Shown piece by piece: positions 1-12,987 of a stretch of 64,000 nucleotides of DNA (positions are counted from its first letter, which is position 1; each line of letters opens with the position of its first letter). Origin of the DNA: Escherichia coli (GTDB taxonomy: Bacteria; Pseudomonadota; Gammaproteobacteria; Enterobacterales; Enterobacteriaceae); the NCBI RefSeq assembly GCF_003334785.1, contig NZ_QOWV01000015.1; one strand, 5' to 3'. Both the position numbers and the translations under genes were made by a program. Below the pieces are notes generated by a model that worked only from the letters and a program-made list of their open reading frames with translations, made no database searches and was not told the DNA's origin.

Positions 1-338
1 GCCATCAAATCAACACGAATATTAGACATCAGACTCACGACCACCAGGCCCAGCGACAGGGCACTGTGCGCCATAATCCCTAATAACGTGTCGATCGCCA
101 GCTGTGGACGCTTCTCCAGCCATACCAGACCGCCCGCCAGCAGCAGCGTAACGGCAATCACCGCATAGAATGGATTCACGTCCAGCAACAAACCAAACGC
201 GACGCCAAGTAATGAGGCATGAGCCAGCGTATCACCGAAATAAGACATACGACGCCAGACTACAAACGAACCCAGCGGACCCGCGGCACAGGCGAGCATG
301 ATCCCGGCTAACCAACCGGGAAATAATAATTCAATCAT
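1..338 (-). CDS. znuB: Zinc ABC transporter permease ZnuB (N-terminal part; gene runs off the window start)
   Basis: Minus-strand translation from ATG at 338..336 gives [25 protein letters not shown]..., matching ZnuB; ATGA overlap with the znuC stop; open to position 1. Confidence 0.9.
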
Positions 339-1090
339 GAGCGATCATTTCCCCGACGCAAAACAATTCGTCCCTGTAAATCGTGACGATGGTTATGATG
401 ATGGCGATAGATACCCAGTTGTTCAGCACCACGAGGACCAAACATTGAAATAAACTCCGGATGCAGGGAAACAACTTCCGGTGTGCCGGAACAACAAATG
501 TGGTGATTCAGGCACAGCACTTCATCGGTTTTTGCCATCACCAGATGCAGATCGTGAGAAACCATTAAAACGCCACAATCCAGTTCACGACGCAGTTGGT
601 CAATAAGGTCATATAACGCCACCTGGCCATTTACATCCACGCCTTGAGTGGGTTCATCCAGCACTAATAATTGCGGGCGATTTAACAATGCTCGCGCTAA
701 TAGTACACGCTGCGTTTCGCCACCAGAGAGCTTTTGCATCGGTGCGTTAATCAGGTGCCCGGCCTGGACACGTTTCAGTGCAGGCAAAATATCTTCTTTA
801 TGTGTACCAGGGCGTAAGCGTAAAAAACGGTTTACGGTCAGTGGCAACGTGGTGTCGAGATACAGCTTCTGCGGTACATAGCCGATGCGCAGTTTTCCGT
901 TGCGCTTGATAACCCCTTCATCGGGTGTTACCAGCCCGAGCACTATCCGTACCAGTGTCGACTTACCTGCGCCATTTGGCCCAAGTAAAGTCAAAATTTT
1001 TCCAGGTTTAAGTTCCAGCGACACATCAGAGAGGACGCGGCGTTGGCCAAAAGAAACCGAGACATTTTCCAGGGAAACCAGACTTGTCAT
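335..1090 (-). CDS. znuC: Zinc ABC transporter ATP-binding protein ZnuC
   Basis: 251-aa ORF with Walker [10 protein letters not shown] and ABC signature LSGGETQR; divergent from znuA. Confidence 0.93.
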
Positions 1091-1112
1091 GTTAATTTTA
1101 GTCTTGCAGTAG

Positions 1113-1137
1113 TCATGAAATGTTATAATATCACACT
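1113..1137. promoter_or_regulatory. Zur box in the znuC/znuA divergent promoter region
   Basis: AT-rich palindrome TGAAATGTTATAATATCACA centred in the 78-bp znuC-znuA spacer; resembles the Zur operator. Confidence 0.6.
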
Positions 1138-1168
1138 TCTCATATTCATTACGATGATTGGTCGCATT

Positions 1169-2101
1169 ATGTTACATAAAAAAACGCTTCTTTTCGCAGC
1201 ATTATCCGCCGCTCTCTGGGGAGGTGCAACACAGGCCGCAGATGCCGCCGTTGTCGCTTCGCTTAAACCCGTTGGGTTCATCGCTTCTGCCATTGCTGAT
1301 GGTGTAACAGAAACGGAGGTTTTACTGCCTGACGGCGCTTCTGAACATGATTATTCACTGCGTCCATCGGATGTAAAACGCTTACAGAACGCGGACTTAG
1401 TCGTTTGGGTTGGCCCGGAGATGGAAGCGTTTATGCAAAAACCGGTAAGCAAATTACCAGAAGCGAAGCAGGTAACGATTGCGCAGCTTGAAGATGTGAA
1501 ACCGCTACTGATGAAAAGTATTCACGGCGATGATGATGATCACGACCACGCGGAAAAAAGTGACGAAGATCACCATCACGGCGATTTCAACATGCATCTT
1601 TGGCTTTCCCCAGAGATAGCGCGGGCTACAGCGGTTGCAATCCATGGAAAATTAGTGGAACTTATGCCGCAAAGTCGAGCCAAACTTGACGCCAACCTGA
1701 AGGATTTTGAGGCACAATTAGCCTCAACCGAAACGCAGGTTGGTAACGAGCTCGCGCCGCTCAAGGGGAAAGGTTATTTCGTTTTTCACGATGCTTACGG
1801 CTATTTCGAAAAACAGTTTGGACTGACACCGCTTGGTCATTTTACCGTTAACCCTGAGATTCAACCTGGCGCGCAGCGTTTACATGAAATAAGAACACAG
1901 TTGGTTGAGCAAAAAGCAACCTGCGTTTTTGCTGAGCCACAGTTCAGGCCAGCGGTCGTTGAGAGCGTCGCACGAGGGACATCCGTTCGTATGGGAACGT
2001 TGGATCCCCTGGGGACGAATATCAAACTGGGTAAAACAAGCTATTCAGAATTCCTGAGTCAATTAGCCAACCAGTATGCGAGCTGCCTGAAAGGAGATTA
2101 A
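1169..2101 (+). CDS. znuA: Periplasmic zinc-binding protein ZnuA
   Basis: Start trimmed from the ORF track (1043) to [14 protein letters not shown] signal peptide (310 aa); His/Asp-rich loop [19 protein letters not shown]. Confidence 0.92.
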   Translation: MLHKKTLLFAALSAALWGGATQAADAAVVASLKPVGFIASAIADGVTETEVLLPDGASEHDYSLRPSDVKRLQNADLVVWVGPEMEAFMQKPVSKLPEAKQVTIAQLEDVKPLLMKSIHGDDDDHDHAEKSDEDHHHGDFNMHLWLSPEIARATAVAIHGKLVELMPQSRAKLDANLKDFEAQLASTETQVGNELAPLKGKGYFVFHDAYGYFEKQFGLTPLGHFTVNPEIQPGAQRLHEIRTQLVEQKATCVFAEPQFRPAVVESVARGTSVRMGTLDPLGTNIKLGKTSYSEFLSQLANQYASCLKGD

Positions 2102-2116
2102 TGAGGAAGTGATTAC

Positions 2117-3439
2117 GTGCAACAGATAGCCCGCTCTGTCGCCCTGGCGTTTAATAATTTACCGCGACCACACCGCGTTATGTTGGGGTCGCTCACCGTT
2201 CTTACTCTGGCCGTCGCTGTCTGGCGGCCTTATGTTTATCACCGTGATGCCACGCCAATTGTCAAAACCATTGAGCTGGAACAGAACGAAATTCGTTCGC
2301 TCTTACCTGAAGCCAGTGAGCCGATTGATCAAGCTGCACAAGAAGATGAAGCCATTCCCCAGGACGAACTGGATGACAAAATCGCCGGTGAAGCGGGCGT
2401 GCATGAATATGTTGTTTCCACTGGCGATACGCTAAGCAGCATTCTCAATCAGTATGGTATTGATATGGGTGATATCACCCAACTGGCTGCGGCCGACAAA
2501 GAATTGCGTAACCTGAAAATCGGTCAACAACTCTCCTGGACATTAACCGCGGACGGCGAACTGCAGCGCCTCACCTGGGAAGTGTCTCGTCGTGAAACCC
2601 GAACCTATGACCGTACTGCCGCTAACGGTTTTAAAATGACCAGCGAAATGCAGCAAGGAGAGTGGGTTAACAATCTGCTGAAAGGTACCGTCGGGGGAAG
2701 CTTTGTTGCCAGCGCCAGAAACGCCGGTTTAACCAGCGCCGAAGTGAGCGCAGTGATTAAAGCCATGCAGTGGCAAATGGATTTCCGCAAACTGAAAAAA
2801 GGCGATGAATTTGCGGTGTTAATGTCTCGAGAAATGCTTGATGGTAAACGTGAGCAAAGCCAGCTGCTGGGCGTACGTTTGCGTTCAGAAGGTAAAGATT
2901 ATTACGCTATCCGCGCTGAAGATGGCAAATTCTACGATCGTAACGGTACTGGTCTGGCGAAAGGATTCTTGCGATTCCCGACGGCGAAACAGTTCCGTAT
3001 CTCGTCTAACTTTAACCCGCGTCGTACTAATCCGGTGACCGGTCGCGTTGCACCACACAGAGGTGTTGATTTCGCCATGCCGCAGGGTACGCCAGTGCTT
3101 TCAGTGGGTGACGGTGAAGTGGTGGTTGCCAAACGCAGTGGCGCAGCAGGTTATTATGTGGCTATTCGTCATGGTCGCAGCTACACCACGCGTTATATGC
3201 ACTTGCGCAAGATTCTGGTGAAACCGGGACAGAAGGTGAAACGTGGCGACCGTATCGCGCTTTCCGGTAATACCGGACGTTCAACCGGGCCGCATCTGCA
3301 CTATGAAGTATGGATAAACCAGCAGGCCGTAAACCCGCTGACGGCAAAACTGCCGCGTACCGAAGGGCTGACCGGCTCCGATCGTCGCGAATTCCTGGCG
3401 CAGGCCAAAGAGATTGTGCCGCAGCTACGGTTTGATTAA
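2117..3439 (+). CDS. mepM: Murein DD-endopeptidase MepM (YebA), LysM + M23 peptidase
   Basis: 440-aa ORF, GTG start; LysM-like [13 protein letters not shown]; M23 motifs HRGVDF and GPHLHYEV. Confidence 0.9.
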
Positions 3440-3454
3440 TTAACATCCATTCGC

Positions 3455-3487
3455 AGCCGGTACGCAGTCAGTACCGGCTTTTTTTAT
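3455..3487 (+). terminator. Rho-independent terminator after mepM
   Basis: Stem AGCCGGTAC / GTACCGGCT followed by a T-run. Confidence 0.6.
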
Positions 3488-3558
3488 TTGGTGCGGGGCA
3501 AGTTGCGCCGCTACACTATCACCAGATTGATTTTTGCCTTATCCGAAACTGGAAAAGC

Positions 3559-4530
3559 ATGGAAACGAAAAAAAATAATAGCGAATACATTCCTGAGTTT
3601 GATAAATCCTTTCGCCACCCGCGCTACTGGGGAGCATGGCTGGGCGTAGCAGCGATGGCGGGTATCGCTTTAACGCCGCCAAAGTTCCGTGATCCCATTC
3701 TGGCACGGCTGGGACGTTTTGCCGGACGACTGGGAAAAAGCTCACGCCGTCGTGCGTTAATCAATCTGTCGCTCTGCTTTCCAGAACGTAGTGAAGCTGA
3801 ACGCGAAGCGATTGTTGATGAGATGTTTGCCACCGCGCCGCAAGCGATGGCAATGATGGCTGAGTTGGCAATACGCGGGCCGGAGAAAATTCAGCCGCGC
3901 GTTGACTGGCAAGGGCTGGAGATCATCGAAGAGATGCGGCGTAATAACGAGAAAGTTATCTTTCTGGTGCCGCACGGTTGGGCCGTCGATATTCCTGCCA
4001 TGCTGATGGCCTCGCAAGGGCAGAAAATGGCAGCGATGTTCCATAATCAGGGCAACCCGGTTTTTGATTATGTCTGGAACACGGTGCGTCGTCGCTTTGG
4101 CGGTCGTCTGCATGCGAGAAATGACGGTATTAAACCATTCATCCAGTCGGTACGTCAGGGGTACTGGGGATATTATTTACCCGATCAGGATCATGGCCCA
4201 GAGCACAGCGAATTTGTGGATTTCTTTGCCACCTATAAAGCGACGTTGCCCGCGATTGGTCGTTTGATGAAAGTGTGCCGTGCGCGCGTTGTACCGCTGT
4301 TTCCGATTTATGATGGCAAGACGCATCGTCTGACGATTCAGGTGCGCCCACCGATGGATGATCTGTTAGAGGCGGATGATCATACGATTGCGCGGCGGAT
4401 GAATGAAGAAGTCGAGATTTTTGTTGGTCCGCGACCAGAACAATACACCTGGATACTAAAATTGCTGAAAACTCGCAAACCGGGCGAAATCCAGCCGTAT
4501 AAGCGCAAAGATCTTTATCCCATCAAATAA
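3559..4530 (+). CDS. lpxM: Lipid A myristoyltransferase LpxM (MsbB)
   Basis: 323-aa [32 protein letters not shown]..., lipid A late acyltransferase family (LVPHGW). Confidence 0.92.
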
Positions 4531-4621
4531 AAAAGCCTCTCGCGAGGAGAGGCCTTCGCCTGATGATAAGTTCAAGTTTGCTTCAGAATATTCGAAATCT
4601 GTTGAACTATCATTGAACTGT

Positions 4622-4655
4622 AGGCCGGATGTGGCGTTTTCGCCGCATCCGGCAA
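4622..4655. repeat. REP (repetitive extragenic palindrome) between convergent lpxM and pykA
   Basis: GCCGGATGTGGCGTTTTCGCCGCATCCGGC palindromic unit typical of E. coli REP. Confidence 0.6.
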
Positions 4656-4660
4656 CGTAC

Positions 4661-6103
4661 TTACTCTACCGTTAAAATACGCGTGGTATTAGTAGAACCC
4701 ACGGTACTCATCACGTCGCCCTGGGTGACAATCACCAGGTCACCAGACATCAAGTAACCTTTATCGCGCAGCAGATTAACCGCTTCGCTGGCAGCTGCTA
4801 CGCCGTCATTAGCGCTATCAAAGTGCACCGGCGTAACGCCACGATAGAGAGCAGTCAGGTTCAGCGTACGTTCATGGCGCGACATGGCGAAAATTGGCAG
4901 ACCAGAGCTGATACGGGAGGTCATCAGCGCGGTACGACCCGATTCGGTCATGGTGATGATCGCCGTAACGCCTTTCAGGTGGTTAGCTGCGTACATTGCT
5001 GACATGGCAATAGCTTCTTCCACATTGTCGAACTGAACGTCCAGACGGTGTTTAGAAACGTTGATGCTCGGGATTTTTTCCGCACCCAGGCAAACGCGCG
5101 CCATGGCTGCAACGGTTTCTGACGGATACTGCCCAGCGGCAGTTTCTGCAGACAGCATCACAGCGTCAGTACCATCCAGAACGGCGTTTGCTACGTCCAT
5201 GACTTCTGCACGCGTCGGCATCGGGTTAGTAATCATTGACTCCATCATCTGGGTCGCCGTGATTACCGCTCGGTTTAGCTGACGCGCACGACGGATCAAC
5301 GCTTTCTGAATGCCGACCAGTTCCGGGTCGCCAATTTCCACACCGAGGTCGCCACGTGCAACCATTACCACGTCAGAGGCGAGGATGATGTCATCCATTG
5401 CATCCTGGCTGCAAACGGCTTCCGCACGTTCAACCTTGGCAACAATTTTCGCATCACATCCTGCATCGCGTGCCAGGCGACGGGCATAGTTCAGATCTTC
5501 GCCACAGCGTGGGAAGGAGACAGCCAGGTAATCTACGCCAATCAACGCCGCAGTCTTAATGTCTGCTTTGTCTTTTTCGGTCAGCGCTTCAGCCGACAAA
5601 CCGCCGCCAAGTTTGTTGATACCTTTATTGTTGGAGAGGGGACCACCGACGGTGACTTCGGTGAACACTTTCATGCCCTGAACTTCCAGTACTTTTAACT
5701 GGACGCGACCATCGTCCAGCAGCAGGATGTCACCAGGCACGACGTCAGCAGGCAGGCCTTTGTAGTCGATACCGACTTTTTCTTTGTCGCCTTCACCTTT
5801 ACCCAGGTTGGCGTCGAGCAGGAATTTATCCCCAATATTGAGGAAAACTTTGCCTTCTTTAAAGGTGGATACACGGATTTTGGGCCCCTGGAGGTCACCC
5901 AGAATAGCCACATGACGCCCCAGTTTTGCGGCAATCTCACGAACTTTATCCGCGCGCATTTTGTGATCTTCAGGCGAGCCGTGAGAAAAGTTCATACGTA
6001 CAACGTTGGCACCCGCCGCGATAACTTTTTCAAGATTATTATCGCGATCTGTTGCTGGGCCTAACGTGGTAACGATTTTTGTTCTGCGAAGCCTTCTGGA
6101 CAT
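4661..6103 (-). CDS. pykA: Pyruvate kinase II PykA
   Basis: Start trimmed to [19 protein letters not shown] (480 aa); pyruvate kinase family throughout. Confidence 0.93.
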
Positions 6104-6230
6104 GTAATACTCCGTTGACTGAAACAACCAGGTGTTGCTTGAACATGAAATCCGAATGAAATAACGCCGCGATGGCGATAAATTAATCTCATTCGGATGT
6201 CGTATAAGATTAGGACAGTGACAGTCGTTT

Positions 6231-7100
6231 TTAGCGATCGTCACTTAAATTAAGTAACTGCTTATCAAAACGCGATTCCTTCAGCGCTTCCTTGACCCGC
6301 TTCAAGTTATCTCTGAATTTTGCACCGCGTCGCAAAGTAAATCCTGTCGCCAGCACATCTATCACGGTCAGCTGTGCAAGTCGAGAAACCATGGGCATAT
6401 AAATGTCAGTATCTTCCGGTACGTCGAGGGTAATTGCCAGCGTTGCTTCCCGGGCGAGCGGGGTACCCGCAGAGGTGAGGGCAATCACCATTGCGTCGTT
6501 TTCGCGAGCCAGCTGCGCCAGCTCGACCAGATTTTTTGTTCTTCCAGTGTGAGAAATCAGCACCACCACGTCTCCGTCGCTACAATTCATACAACTCATG
6601 CGTTGCAGCACAATATCATCGGAGTACACCACCGGAACATTAAAACGAAAGAACTTATTCATCGCATCGTGGGCAACGGCGGCTGAAGAGCCTAATCCGA
6701 AAAAGGCGATTTTTTTTGCCTGAGTGAGCAAGTCGACGGCGCGGTTGATGGCAGATTTATCCAGTGAATGACGGACATGATCGAGCGTTGCCATTGCGGA
6801 CTCAAATATTTTCCCTGTGTATGATTCAACGCTGTCATCTTCATTGACGTTGCGATTAACATAGGGAGTGCCATTCGCCAGACTCTGTGCCAGATGAAGT
6901 TTAAAATCAGGAAAACCGCGCGTGTCCATGCTGCGACAGAAACGATTCACCGTCGGTTCGCTAACATTGGCTTCCAGTGCCATAGCAGCAATACTCGAAT
7001 GGATCGCGTTATCGGGCGAAGCCAGAATGACCTCGGCAACTTTGCGCTCTGATTTGCTCAAATGTTCCAGCTGAGACTGGATTTTTTCCAGCATATTCAT
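6231..7100 (-). CDS. hexR: RpiR/SIS-family transcriptional regulator HexR (YebK)
   Basis: 289-aa ORF, N-terminal HTH then SIS domain; divergent from zwf. Confidence 0.9.
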
Positions 7101-7437
7101 GATGTAAAGAGACTCACGGGTAATGACGATTTCCGCACTGAAAGAAATCGAAATGCAGTTTTGTCAGATATTACGCCTGTGTGCCGTGTTAATGACAAAA
7201 GCAGATAAAAAAGTTGTTATTTTTTTTCATAACATGATCAGTGTCAGATTTTTACCGAATGGAAAACGATGATTTTTTTATCAGTTTTGCCGCACTTTGC
7301 GCGCTTTTCCCGTAATCGCACGGGTGGATAAGCGTTTACAGTTTTCGCAAGCTCGTAAAAGCAGTACAGTGCACCGTAAGAAAATTACAAGTATACCCTG
7401 GCTTAAGTACCGGGTTAGTTAACTTAAGGAGAATGAC

Positions 7438-8913
7438 ATGGCGGTAACGCAAACAGCCCAGGCCTGTGACCTGGTCATTTTCGGCGCGAAAGGCGACCTT
7501 GCGCGTCGTAAATTGCTGCCTTCCCTGTATCAACTGGAAAAAGCCGGTCAGCTCAACCCGGACACCCGGATTATCGGCGTAGGGCGTGCTGACTGGGATA
7601 AAGCGGCGTATACCAAAGTTGTCCGCGAGGCGCTCGAAACTTTCATGAAAGAAACCATTGATGAAGGTTTATGGGACACCCTGAGTGCACGTCTGGATTT
7701 TTGTAATCTCGATGTCAATGACACTGCTGCATTCAACCGTCTCGGCGCGATGCTGGATCAAAAAAATCGTATCACCATTAACTACTTTGCCATGCCGCCC
7801 AGTACTTTTGGCGCAATTTGCAAAGGGCTTGGCGAGGCAAAACTGAATGCTAAACCGGCACGCGTAGTCATGGAGAAACCGCTGGGGACGTCGCTGGCGA
7901 CCTCGCAGGAAATCAATGATCAGGTTGGCGAATACTTCGAGGAGTGCCAGGTTTACCGTATCGACCACTATCTTGGTAAAGAAACGGTGCTGAACCTGTT
8001 GGCGCTGCGTTTTGCTAACTCCCTGTTTGTGAATAACTGGGACAATCGCACCATTGATCATGTTGAGATTACCGTGGCAGAAGAAGTGGGGATCGAAGGG
8101 CGCTGGGGCTATTTTGATAAAGCCGGTCAGATGCGCGATATGATCCAAAACCACCTGCTGCAAATTCTCTGCATGATTGCGATGTCTCCGCCATCTGACC
8201 TGAGCGCAGACAGCATCCGCGATGAAAAAGTGAAAGTACTGAAGTCCCTGCGCCGCATCGACCGCTCCAACGTACGCGAAAAAACCGTACGTGGGCAATA
8301 TACTGCGGGCTTCGCCCAGGGCAAAAAAGTGCCGGGATATCTGGAAGAAGAGGGCGCGAACAAGAGCAGCAATACAGAAACCTTCGTGGCGATCCGCGTC
8401 GACATTGATAACTGGCGCTGGGCCGGTGTGCCATTCTACCTGCGTACTGGTAAACGTCTGCCGACCAAATGTTCTGAAGTCGTGGTCTATTTCAAAACAC
8501 CTGAACTGAATCTGTTTAAAGAGTCGTGGCAGGATCTGCCGCAGAATAAACTGACTATCCGTCTGCAACCTGATGAAGGCGTGGATATCCAGGTACTGAA
8601 TAAAGTTCCTGGCCTTGACCACAAACATAACCTGCAAATCACCAAGCTGGATCTGAGCTATTCAGAAACCTTTAATCAGACGCATCTGGCGGATGCCTAT
8701 GAACGTCTGCTGCTGGAAACCATGCGTGGTATTCAGGCACTGTTTGTACGTCGTGATGAAGTGGAAGAAGCCTGGAAATGGGTAGACTCCATTACTGAGG
8801 CGTGGGCGATGGACAATGATGCGCCGAAACCGTATCAGGCCGGAACCTGGGGACCCGTTGCCTCGGTGGCGATGATTACCCGTGATGGTCGTTCCTGGAA
8901 TGAGTTTGAGTAA
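7438..8913 (+). CDS. zwf: Glucose-6-phosphate 1-dehydrogenase Zwf
   Basis: 491-aa ORF; G6PD active-site motif RIDHYLGKE; Rossmann [11 protein letters not shown]. Confidence 0.95.
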   Translation: MAVTQTAQACDLVIFGAKGDLARRKLLPSLYQLEKAGQLNPDTRIIGVGRADWDKAAYTKVVREALETFMKETIDEGLWDTLSARLDFCNLDVNDTAAFNRLGAMLDQKNRITINYFAMPPSTFGAICKGLGEAKLNAKPARVVMEKPLGTSLATSQEINDQVGEYFEECQVYRIDHYLGKETVLNLLALRFANSLFVNNWDNRTIDHVEITVAEEVGIEGRWGYFDKAGQMRDMIQNHLLQILCMIAMSPPSDLSADSIRDEKVKVLKSLRRIDRSNVREKTVRGQYTAGFAQGKKVPGYLEEEGANKSSNTETFVAIRVDIDNWRWAGVPFYLRTGKRLPTKCSEVVVYFKTPELNLFKESWQDLPQNKLTIRLQPDEGVDIQVLNKVPGLDHKHNLQITKLDLSYSETFNQTHLADAYERLLLETMRGIQALFVRRDEVEEAWKWVDSITEAWAMDNDAPKPYQAGTWGPVASVAMITRDGRSWNEFE

Positions 8914-8936
8914 TATCTGCGCTTATCCTTTATGGT

Positions 8937-8954
8937 TATTTTACCGGTAACATG
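8937..8954. promoter_or_regulatory. GntR-like operator palindrome (TTACCGGTAACAT) upstream of edd
   Basis: Near-perfect dyad TTTTACCGGTAACATG resembling the GntR operator consensus; lies between the zwf stop and the hairpin. Confidence 0.4.
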
Positions 8955-8992
8955 ATCTTGCGCAGATTGTAGAACAATTTTTACACTTTCAG

Positions 8993-9026
8993 GCCTCGTG
9001 CGGATTCACCCACGAGGCTTTTTTTA
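8993..9026 (+). terminator. Hairpin + T-run (zwf terminator or edd leader structure)
   Basis: GCCTCGTG...CACGAGGC stem followed by TTTTTTT. Confidence 0.55.
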
Positions 9027-9147
9027 TTACACTGACTGAAACGTTTTTGCCCTATGAGCTCCGGTTACAGGCGTTTCACTCATAAATCCTCTGAATGAAA
9101 CGCGTTGTGAATCATCCTGCTCTGACAACTCAATTTCAGGAGCCTTT

Positions 9148-10959
9148 ATGAATCCACAATTGTTACGCGTAACAAATCGAATCATTGAACGTTCTCGCGA
9201 GACTCGCTCTGCTTATCTCGGCCGGATAGAACAAGCGAAAACGTCGACCGTTCATCGTTCGCAGTTGGCATGCGGTAACCTGGCACACGGTTTCGCTGCC
9301 TGCCAGCCAGAAGACAAAGCCTCTTTGAAAAGCATGTTGCGTAACAATATCGCCATCATCACCTCCTATAACGACATGCTCTCCGCGCACCAGCCTTATG
9401 AACACTATCCAGAAATCATTCGTAAAGCCCTGCATGAAGCGAATGCGGTTGGTCAGGTTGCGGGTGGTGTTCCGGCGATGTGTGATGGTGTCACCCAGGG
9501 GCAGGATGGAATGGAATTGTCGCTGTTAAGCCGAGAAGTGATTGCGATGTCTGCGGCGGTGGGGCTGTCCCATAACATGTTTGATGGTGCTCTGTTCCTC
9601 GGTGTATGCGACAAGATTGTCCCAGGTCTGACGATGGCAGCCCTGTCGTTTGGTCATTTGCCTGCGGTGTTTGTGCCGTCTGGACCGATGGCAAGCGGTT
9701 TGCCAAATAAAGAAAAAGTGCGTATTCGCCAGCTTTATGCCGAAGGTAAAGTGGACCGCATGGCCTTACTGGAGTCAGAGGCCGCGTCTTACCATGCGCC
9801 GGGAACATGTACTTTCTACGGTACTGCCAACACCAACCAGATGGTGGTGGAGTTTATGGGGATGCAGTTGCCAGGCTCTTCTTTTGTTCATCCGGATTCT
9901 CCGCTGCGCGATGCTTTGACCGCTGCCGCTGCGCGTCAGGTTACACGCATGACCGGTAATGGTAATGAATGGATGCCGATCGGTAAGATGATCGATGAGA
10001 AAGTGGTGGTGAACGGTATCGTTGCACTGCTGGCGACCGGTGGTTCCACTAACCACACCATGCACCTGGTGGCGATGGCGCGCGCGGCCGGTATTCAGAT
10101 TAACTGGGATGACTTCTCTGACCTTTCTGATGTTGTACCGCTGATGGCACGTCTCTACCCGAACGGTCCGGCCGATATTAACCACTTCCAGGCGGCAGGT
10201 GGCGTACCGGTTCTGGTGCGTGAACTGCTCAAAGCAGGCCTGCTGCATGAAGATGTCAATACGGTGGCAGGCTTTGGTCTGTCTCGTTATACCCTTGAAC
10301 CATGGCTGAATAATGGTGAACTGGACTGGCGGGAAGGGGCGGAAAAATCACTCGACAGCAATGTGATCGCTTCCTTCGAACAACCTTTCTCTCATCATGG
10401 TGGGACAAAAGTGTTAAGCGGTAACCTGGGCCGTGCGGTTATGAAAACCTCTGCCGTGCCGGTTGAGAACCAGGTGATTGAAGCGCCAGCGGTTGTTTTT
10501 GAAAGCCAGCATGACGTTATGCCGGCCTTTGAAGCGGGTTTGCTGGACCGCGATTGTGTCGTTGTTGTCCGTCATCAGGGGCCAAAAGCGAACGGAATGC
10601 CAGAATTACATAAACTCATGCCGCCACTTGGTGTATTATTGGACCGGTGTTTCAAAATTGCGTTAGTTACCGATGGACGACTCTCCGGCGCTTCAGGTAA
10701 AGTGCCGTCAGCTATCCACGTAACACCAGAAGCCTACGATGGCGGGCTGCTGGCAAAAGTGCGCGACGGGGACATCATTCGTGTGAATGGACAGACAGGC
10801 GAACTGACGCTGCTGGTAGACGAAGCGGAACTGGCTGCTCGCGAACCGCACATTCCTGACCTGAGCGCGTCACGCGTGGGGACAGGACGTGAATTATTCA
10901 GCGCCTTGCGTGAAAAACTGTCCGGTGCCGAACAGGGCGCAACCTGTATCACTTTTTAA
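9148..10959 (+). CDS. edd: Phosphogluconate dehydratase Edd
   Basis: 603-aa ORF, IlvD/Edd dehydratase family (CDKIVPG motif). Confidence 0.95.
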   Translation: MNPQLLRVTNRIIERSRETRSAYLGRIEQAKTSTVHRSQLACGNLAHGFAACQPEDKASLKSMLRNNIAIITSYNDMLSAHQPYEHYPEIIRKALHEANAVGQVAGGVPAMCDGVTQGQDGMELSLLSREVIAMSAAVGLSHNMFDGALFLGVCDKIVPGLTMAALSFGHLPAVFVPSGPMASGLPNKEKVRIRQLYAEGKVDRMALLESEAASYHAPGTCTFYGTANTNQMVVEFMGMQLPGSSFVHPDSPLRDALTAAAARQVTRMTGNGNEWMPIGKMIDEKVVVNGIVALLATGGSTNHTMHLVAMARAAGIQINWDDFSDLSDVVPLMARLYPNGPADINHFQAAGGVPVLVRELLKAGLLHEDVNTVAGFGLSRYTLEPWLNNGELDWREGAEKSLDSNVIASFEQPFSHHGGTKVLSGNLGRAVMKTSAVPVENQVIEAPAVVFESQHDVMPAFEAGLLDRDCVVVVRHQGPKANGMPELHKLMPPLGVLLDRCFKIALVTDGRLSGASGKVPSAIHVTPEAYDGGLLAKVRDGDIIRVNGQTGELTLLVDEAELAAREPHIPDLSASRVGTGRELFSALREKLSGAEQGATCITF

Positions 10960-10995
10960 GACGACAAATTTGTAATCAGGCGAGAGAAAACTCTG

Positions 10996-11637
10996 ATGAA
11001 AAACTGGAAAACAAGTGCAGAATCAATCCTGACCACCGGCCCGGTTGTACCGGTTATCGTGGTAAAAAAACTGGAACACGCAGTGCCGATGGCAAAAGCG
11101 TTGGTTGCTGGTGGGGTGCGCGTTCTGGAAGTGACTCTGCGTACCGAGTGTGCAGTTGATGCTATCCGTGCTATCGCCAAAGAAGTGCCTGAAGCGATTG
11201 TGGGTGCCGGTACGGTGCTGAATCCACAGCAGCTGGCAGAAGTCACTGAAGTGGGTGCACAGTTCGCAATTAGCCCGGGTCTGACCGAGCCGCTGCTGAA
11301 AGCTGCTACCGAAGGGACTATTCCTCTGATTCCGGGGATCAGCACTGTTTCCGAACTGATGCTGGGTATGGACTACGGTTTGAAAGAGTTCAAATTCTTC
11401 CCGGCTGAAGCTAACGGCGGCGTGAAAGCCCTGCAGGCGATCGCGGGTCCGTTCTCCCAGGTCCGTTTCTGCCCGACGGGTGGTATTTCTCCGGCTAACT
11501 ACCGTGACTACCTGGCGCTGAAAAGCGTGCTGTGCATCGGTGGTTCCTGGCTGGTTCCGGCAGATGCGCTGGAAGCGGGCGATTACGACCGCATTACTAA
11601 GCTGGCGCGTGAAGCTGTAGAAGGCGCTAAGCTGTAA
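10996..11637 (+). CDS. eda: KDPG / KHG aldolase Eda
   Basis: 213-aa [26 protein letters not shown]...; immediately downstream of edd. Confidence 0.95.
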   Translation: MKNWKTSAESILTTGPVVPVIVVKKLEHAVPMAKALVAGGVRVLEVTLRTECAVDAIRAIAKEVPEAIVGAGTVLNPQQLAEVTEVGAQFAISPGLTEPLLKAATEGTIPLIPGISTVSELMLGMDYGLKEFKFFPAEANGGVKALQAIAGPFSQVRFCPTGGISPANYRDYLALKSVLCIGGSWLVPADALEAGDYDRITKLAREAVEGAKL

Positions 11638-11645
11638 AAGTCAAA

Positions 11646-11673
11646 ATGCCCGATCGAGGATCGGGCATTTTTG
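11646..11673. terminator. Hairpin terminator between convergent eda and purT
   Basis: ATGCCCGATC GAG GATCGGGCAT followed by a T-run. Confidence 0.6.
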
Positions 11674-11692
11674 TAGCGTTTTTTTGCCGGGT

Positions 11693-12871
11693 TTAACCCT
11701 GTACTTTTACCTGTCCGGCGGCGTGCTTCGCGCGCTCAATGGCGTCAACAACACTCTCAGCGGTCGCCAGCGCAACACCCAGACGACGGTTGCCATCAAT
11801 TTCCGGCTTACCAAATAAACGAATCTGCAAATCTGCGCCTACGGCATTCTGCACATTATCAAACGTGACATTCTGACTGGTCAGTTGTGGCAGAATAACG
11901 GCAGAAGCTGCAGGACCATACTGACGGATCCCGCCAACCGGAAGTCCGAGGAAGGCACGTACATGCAGGGCAAACTCTGAGAGATCTTGAGAAATTAACG
12001 TCACCATCCCGGTATCATGTGGACGAGGGGAGACCTCACTGAAAATCACCTCATCACCACAGACAAACAGCTCGACACCAAACAGACCATAACCGCCCAG
12101 TGCCAGCACCACTTTACGGGCAATCTCCTGCGCACGTTCAAGGGCAAGCGGGCTCATTTGCTGTGGTTGCCAGGATTCACGGTAGTCGCCATCTTCCTGG
12201 CGATGACCTACCGGTGCACAGAAATGGACGCCATCCACCGCGCTGACGGTTAGCAAGGTAATTTCGAAGTCAAACTTAACGACGCCTTCAACAATTACGC
12301 GGCCCGCTCCGGCGCGACCGCCTTGCTGAGCGTACTTCCATGCCTGAGCAAGTTGCTCTGCAGAACGAATAAACGTCTGCCCCTTGCCGGAAGAGCTCAT
12401 CACCGGTTTTACAATGCAGGGATAGCCAATGTCAGCAACCGCCTCGCGGAAAAGGCTTTCGCTATCGGCAAAACGATAAGTGGAAGTGGGCAGCTGCAGC
12501 TCTTCTGCCGCCAGGCGACGGATACCCTCGCGATTCATCGTTAATTTCGTTGCGCGAGCGCAGGGGACAACATTCAGTCCTTCCTCTTCAAGTTGGATCA
12601 GCATATCGGTGGCAATAGCTTCGATCTCCGGCACGATATAATGTGGTTTTTCCAGTTCAACCACACGGCGTAATGCATCACCATCAAGCATATTAATGAT
12701 ATGGGAGCGATGCGCGACATGCATGGCTGGTGCGTCGGCATAGCGATCGACAGCAATCACCTCTACGCCGAGACGCTGACACTCGATTGCCACTTCTTTA
12801 CCCAGTTCACCGGAGCCTAATAACATCACGCGAGTTGCTGCCGGACGCAGCGCAGTGCCTAATAACGTCAT
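11693..12871 (-). CDS. purT: Formate-dependent GAR transformylase PurT
   Basis: 392-aa [30 protein letters not shown]..., ATP-grasp fold. Confidence 0.93.
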   Translation of the reverse strand: MTLLGTALRPAATRVMLLGSGELGKEVAIECQRLGVEVIAVDRYADAPAMHVAHRSHIINMLDGDALRRVVELEKPHYIVPEIEAIATDMLIQLEEEGLNVVPCARATKLTMNREGIRRLAAEELQLPTSTYRFADSESLFREAVADIGYPCIVKPVMSSSGKGQTFIRSAEQLAQAWKYAQQGGRAGAGRVIVEGVVKFDFEITLLTVSAVDGVHFCAPVGHRQEDGDYRESWQPQQMSPLALERAQEIARKVVLALGGYGLFGVELFVCGDEVIFSEVSPRPHDTGMVTLISQDLSEFALHVRAFLGLPVGGIRQYGPAASAVILPQLTSQNVTFDNVQNAVGADLQIRLFGKPEIDGNRRLGVALATAESVVDAIERAKHAAGQVKVQG

Positions 12872-12908
12872 AACGAATATCCCCTGATTAATTCCGCGCG
12901 CAGTATAA

Positions 12909-12926
12909 ACGAAAACGTTTGCGCGT
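12909..12926. promoter_or_regulatory. PurR box upstream of purT
   Basis: CGAAAACGTTTGCGCG matches the PurR operator core (ACGCAAACGTTTTC) about 40 bp upstream of the purT start. Confidence 0.6.
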
Positions 12927-12967
12927 GTCTTTATTGCTGATGTTGATTTCTCAACCGAAAAGAAATA

Positions 12968-12987
12968 TACTGTATAAAATCACAGTT
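12968..12987. promoter_or_regulatory. LexA (SOS) box upstream of yebG
   Basis: TACTGTATAAAATCACAGTT fits CTGT-N8-ACAG; about 20 bp upstream of the yebG start. Confidence 0.7.

Noticed and set aside
1043-1168. N-terminal extensions in the ORF track (znuA, pykA, exoX, holE, letB, msrC, prc, yebQ, mntP, pdeD, yeaW, fadD, dmlR, yoaB, yoaC, yebF, yebV, yebW)
   Set aside because: Each extension precedes a conserved start with better Shine-Dalgarno context or a signal peptide; the trimmed starts give the expected protein lengths.
7669-8637. 322-aa ORF antisense to zwf, plus nested antisense ORFs at 8069..8434 and 8127..8405
   Set aside because: Lies entirely inside the well-supported zwf gene on the opposite strand, with no recognisable domain and no ribosome-binding site; typical shadow ORF.
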